A stretch of DNA of 377 bases from a phage. The stretch lies in the sequence record OP360894.1. One strand, written 5' to 3'. A model generated the notes under the pieces. It saw only the letters and a program-made list of their open reading frames with translations. It ran no database searches and was not told where the DNA came from. The stretch's first letter is position 1. Every line of letters starts with the position of its first letter. A program made the translations under genes and the position numbers. Shown one piece after another: positions 1 to 377 of this stretch.

Positions 1-377
1 GGTCTGCTGACTGCCGATGTGATGATTTTCGACATTGAAGACGCTATGAACCACTATGACGTGGCTGGCGAGTATTCCAACCAGCTTGGTGAAGCTCTGG
101 CTATCGCTGCCGATGGTGCGGTTCTGGCTGAAATGGCTATCCTGTGTAACCTCCCAGCCGCATCCAACGAGAACATCGCTGGTCTGGGAACTGCGTCCGT
201 ACTTGAAGTTGGTAAGAAAGCTGACCTAGACACCCCGGCTAAACTGGGTGAAGCAATCATCGGTCAACTGACCATTGCTCGTGCGAAGCTGACCTCCAAC
301 TACGTTCCTGCTGGCGACCGTTACTTCTACACTACGCCTGACAACTACTCTGCAATCCTCGCGGCCCTGATGCCCAA
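1..377 (+). CDS. Major capsid protein, T7 gp10A-like (HK97 fold); internal fragment, partial at both ends (phase 0 at nt 1, 125 full codons plus 2 trailing nt)
   Basis: Frame +1 has no stop codon across the window. The translation contains blocks that I recall as near-identical to T7 gp10A: GLLTADV(M/L)I(F/Y)DIEDAMNHYDV at nt 1-63, LAxAADGAVLAE at nt 97-132, NYVPAxDR at nt 298-321 and YSAILAALMP at nt 346-375. The window would correspond to roughly T7 gp10A residues 100-220. Codon usage is strongly biased in this frame (Leu CTG 10 of 15, Gly GGT 7 of 10, Asn AAC 7 of 7, Arg CGT 2 of 2), as expected for a real, highly expressed gene. The encoded fragment is alanine-rich (23 of 125 residues). 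Confidence 0.9.

Noticed and set aside
22-33. Possible -1 programmed frameshift slippery site (T7 makes the minor capsid protein 10B by frameshifting), considered at 'atg att ttc gac' and elsewhere
   Set aside because: No X XXY YYZ slippery heptamer is present in frame anywhere in the window. In T7 the frameshift site is near the 3' end of gene 10A, which would be over 100 codons downstream of this window.
96-144. Short direct repeat of 'ggctatc' (nt 98-104 and 135-141), a possible repeat or regulatory element
   Set aside because: Both copies encode Ala-Ile in the capsid reading frame (LAIA and MAIL). A 7-nt coincidence inside an Ala-rich coding sequence is expected by chance and has no repeat architecture.
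54-260. Minus-strand ORF of 68 aa from the supplied six-frame track (MIASPSLAGVSRSAFLPTSSTDAVPRPAMFSLDAAGRLHRIAISARTAPSAAIARASPSWLEYSPATS)
   Set aside because: It lies wholly antisense to a strongly supported plus-strand capsid reading frame. Its Ala/Ser/Pro/Arg-rich, low-complexity composition is what the reverse complement of an alanine-rich coding sequence produces. I recognise no protein family in it.
1-377. Absence of GATC (Dam) sites and a single CTAG (nt 225-228) as possible signs of restriction or methylation avoidance
   Set aside because: Only about 1-2 occurrences of any given tetranucleotide are expected in 377 nt, so the absence is not statistically meaningful here. It would need testing on the whole genome.
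1-377. Promoters, terminators, ribosome-binding sites or other regulatory elements
   Set aside because: The window is entirely internal to one continuous ORF with no start or stop codon. No T7-type promoter consensus and no convincing stem-loop followed by a U-tract were seen.

Overview
The whole window is an internal fragment of one plus-strand protein-coding gene, with no start or stop codon in view. Frame 1 is open across all 377 nt and translates to GLLTADVMIFDIEDAMNHYDVAGEYSNQLGEALAIAADGAVLAEMAILCNLPAASNENIAGLGTASVLEVGKKADLDTPAKLGEAIIGQLTIARAKLTSNYVPAGDRYFYTTPDNYSAILAALMP. I recognise this as a homolog of the central part of the T7-type major capsid protein (T7 gp10A, HK97 fold), so the source is most likely a T7-like podophage (Autographiviridae). 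The sequence is clearly diverged from T7 itself. I see no evidence of a novel or undescribed system: no RNA genes, CRISPR repeats, mobile-element ends, promoters or terminators are supportable inside this coding fragment. The minus-strand ORF in the supplied track is an antisense artefact. All homology statements rest on my recollection of the T7 gp10A sequence and need confirmation by database search.
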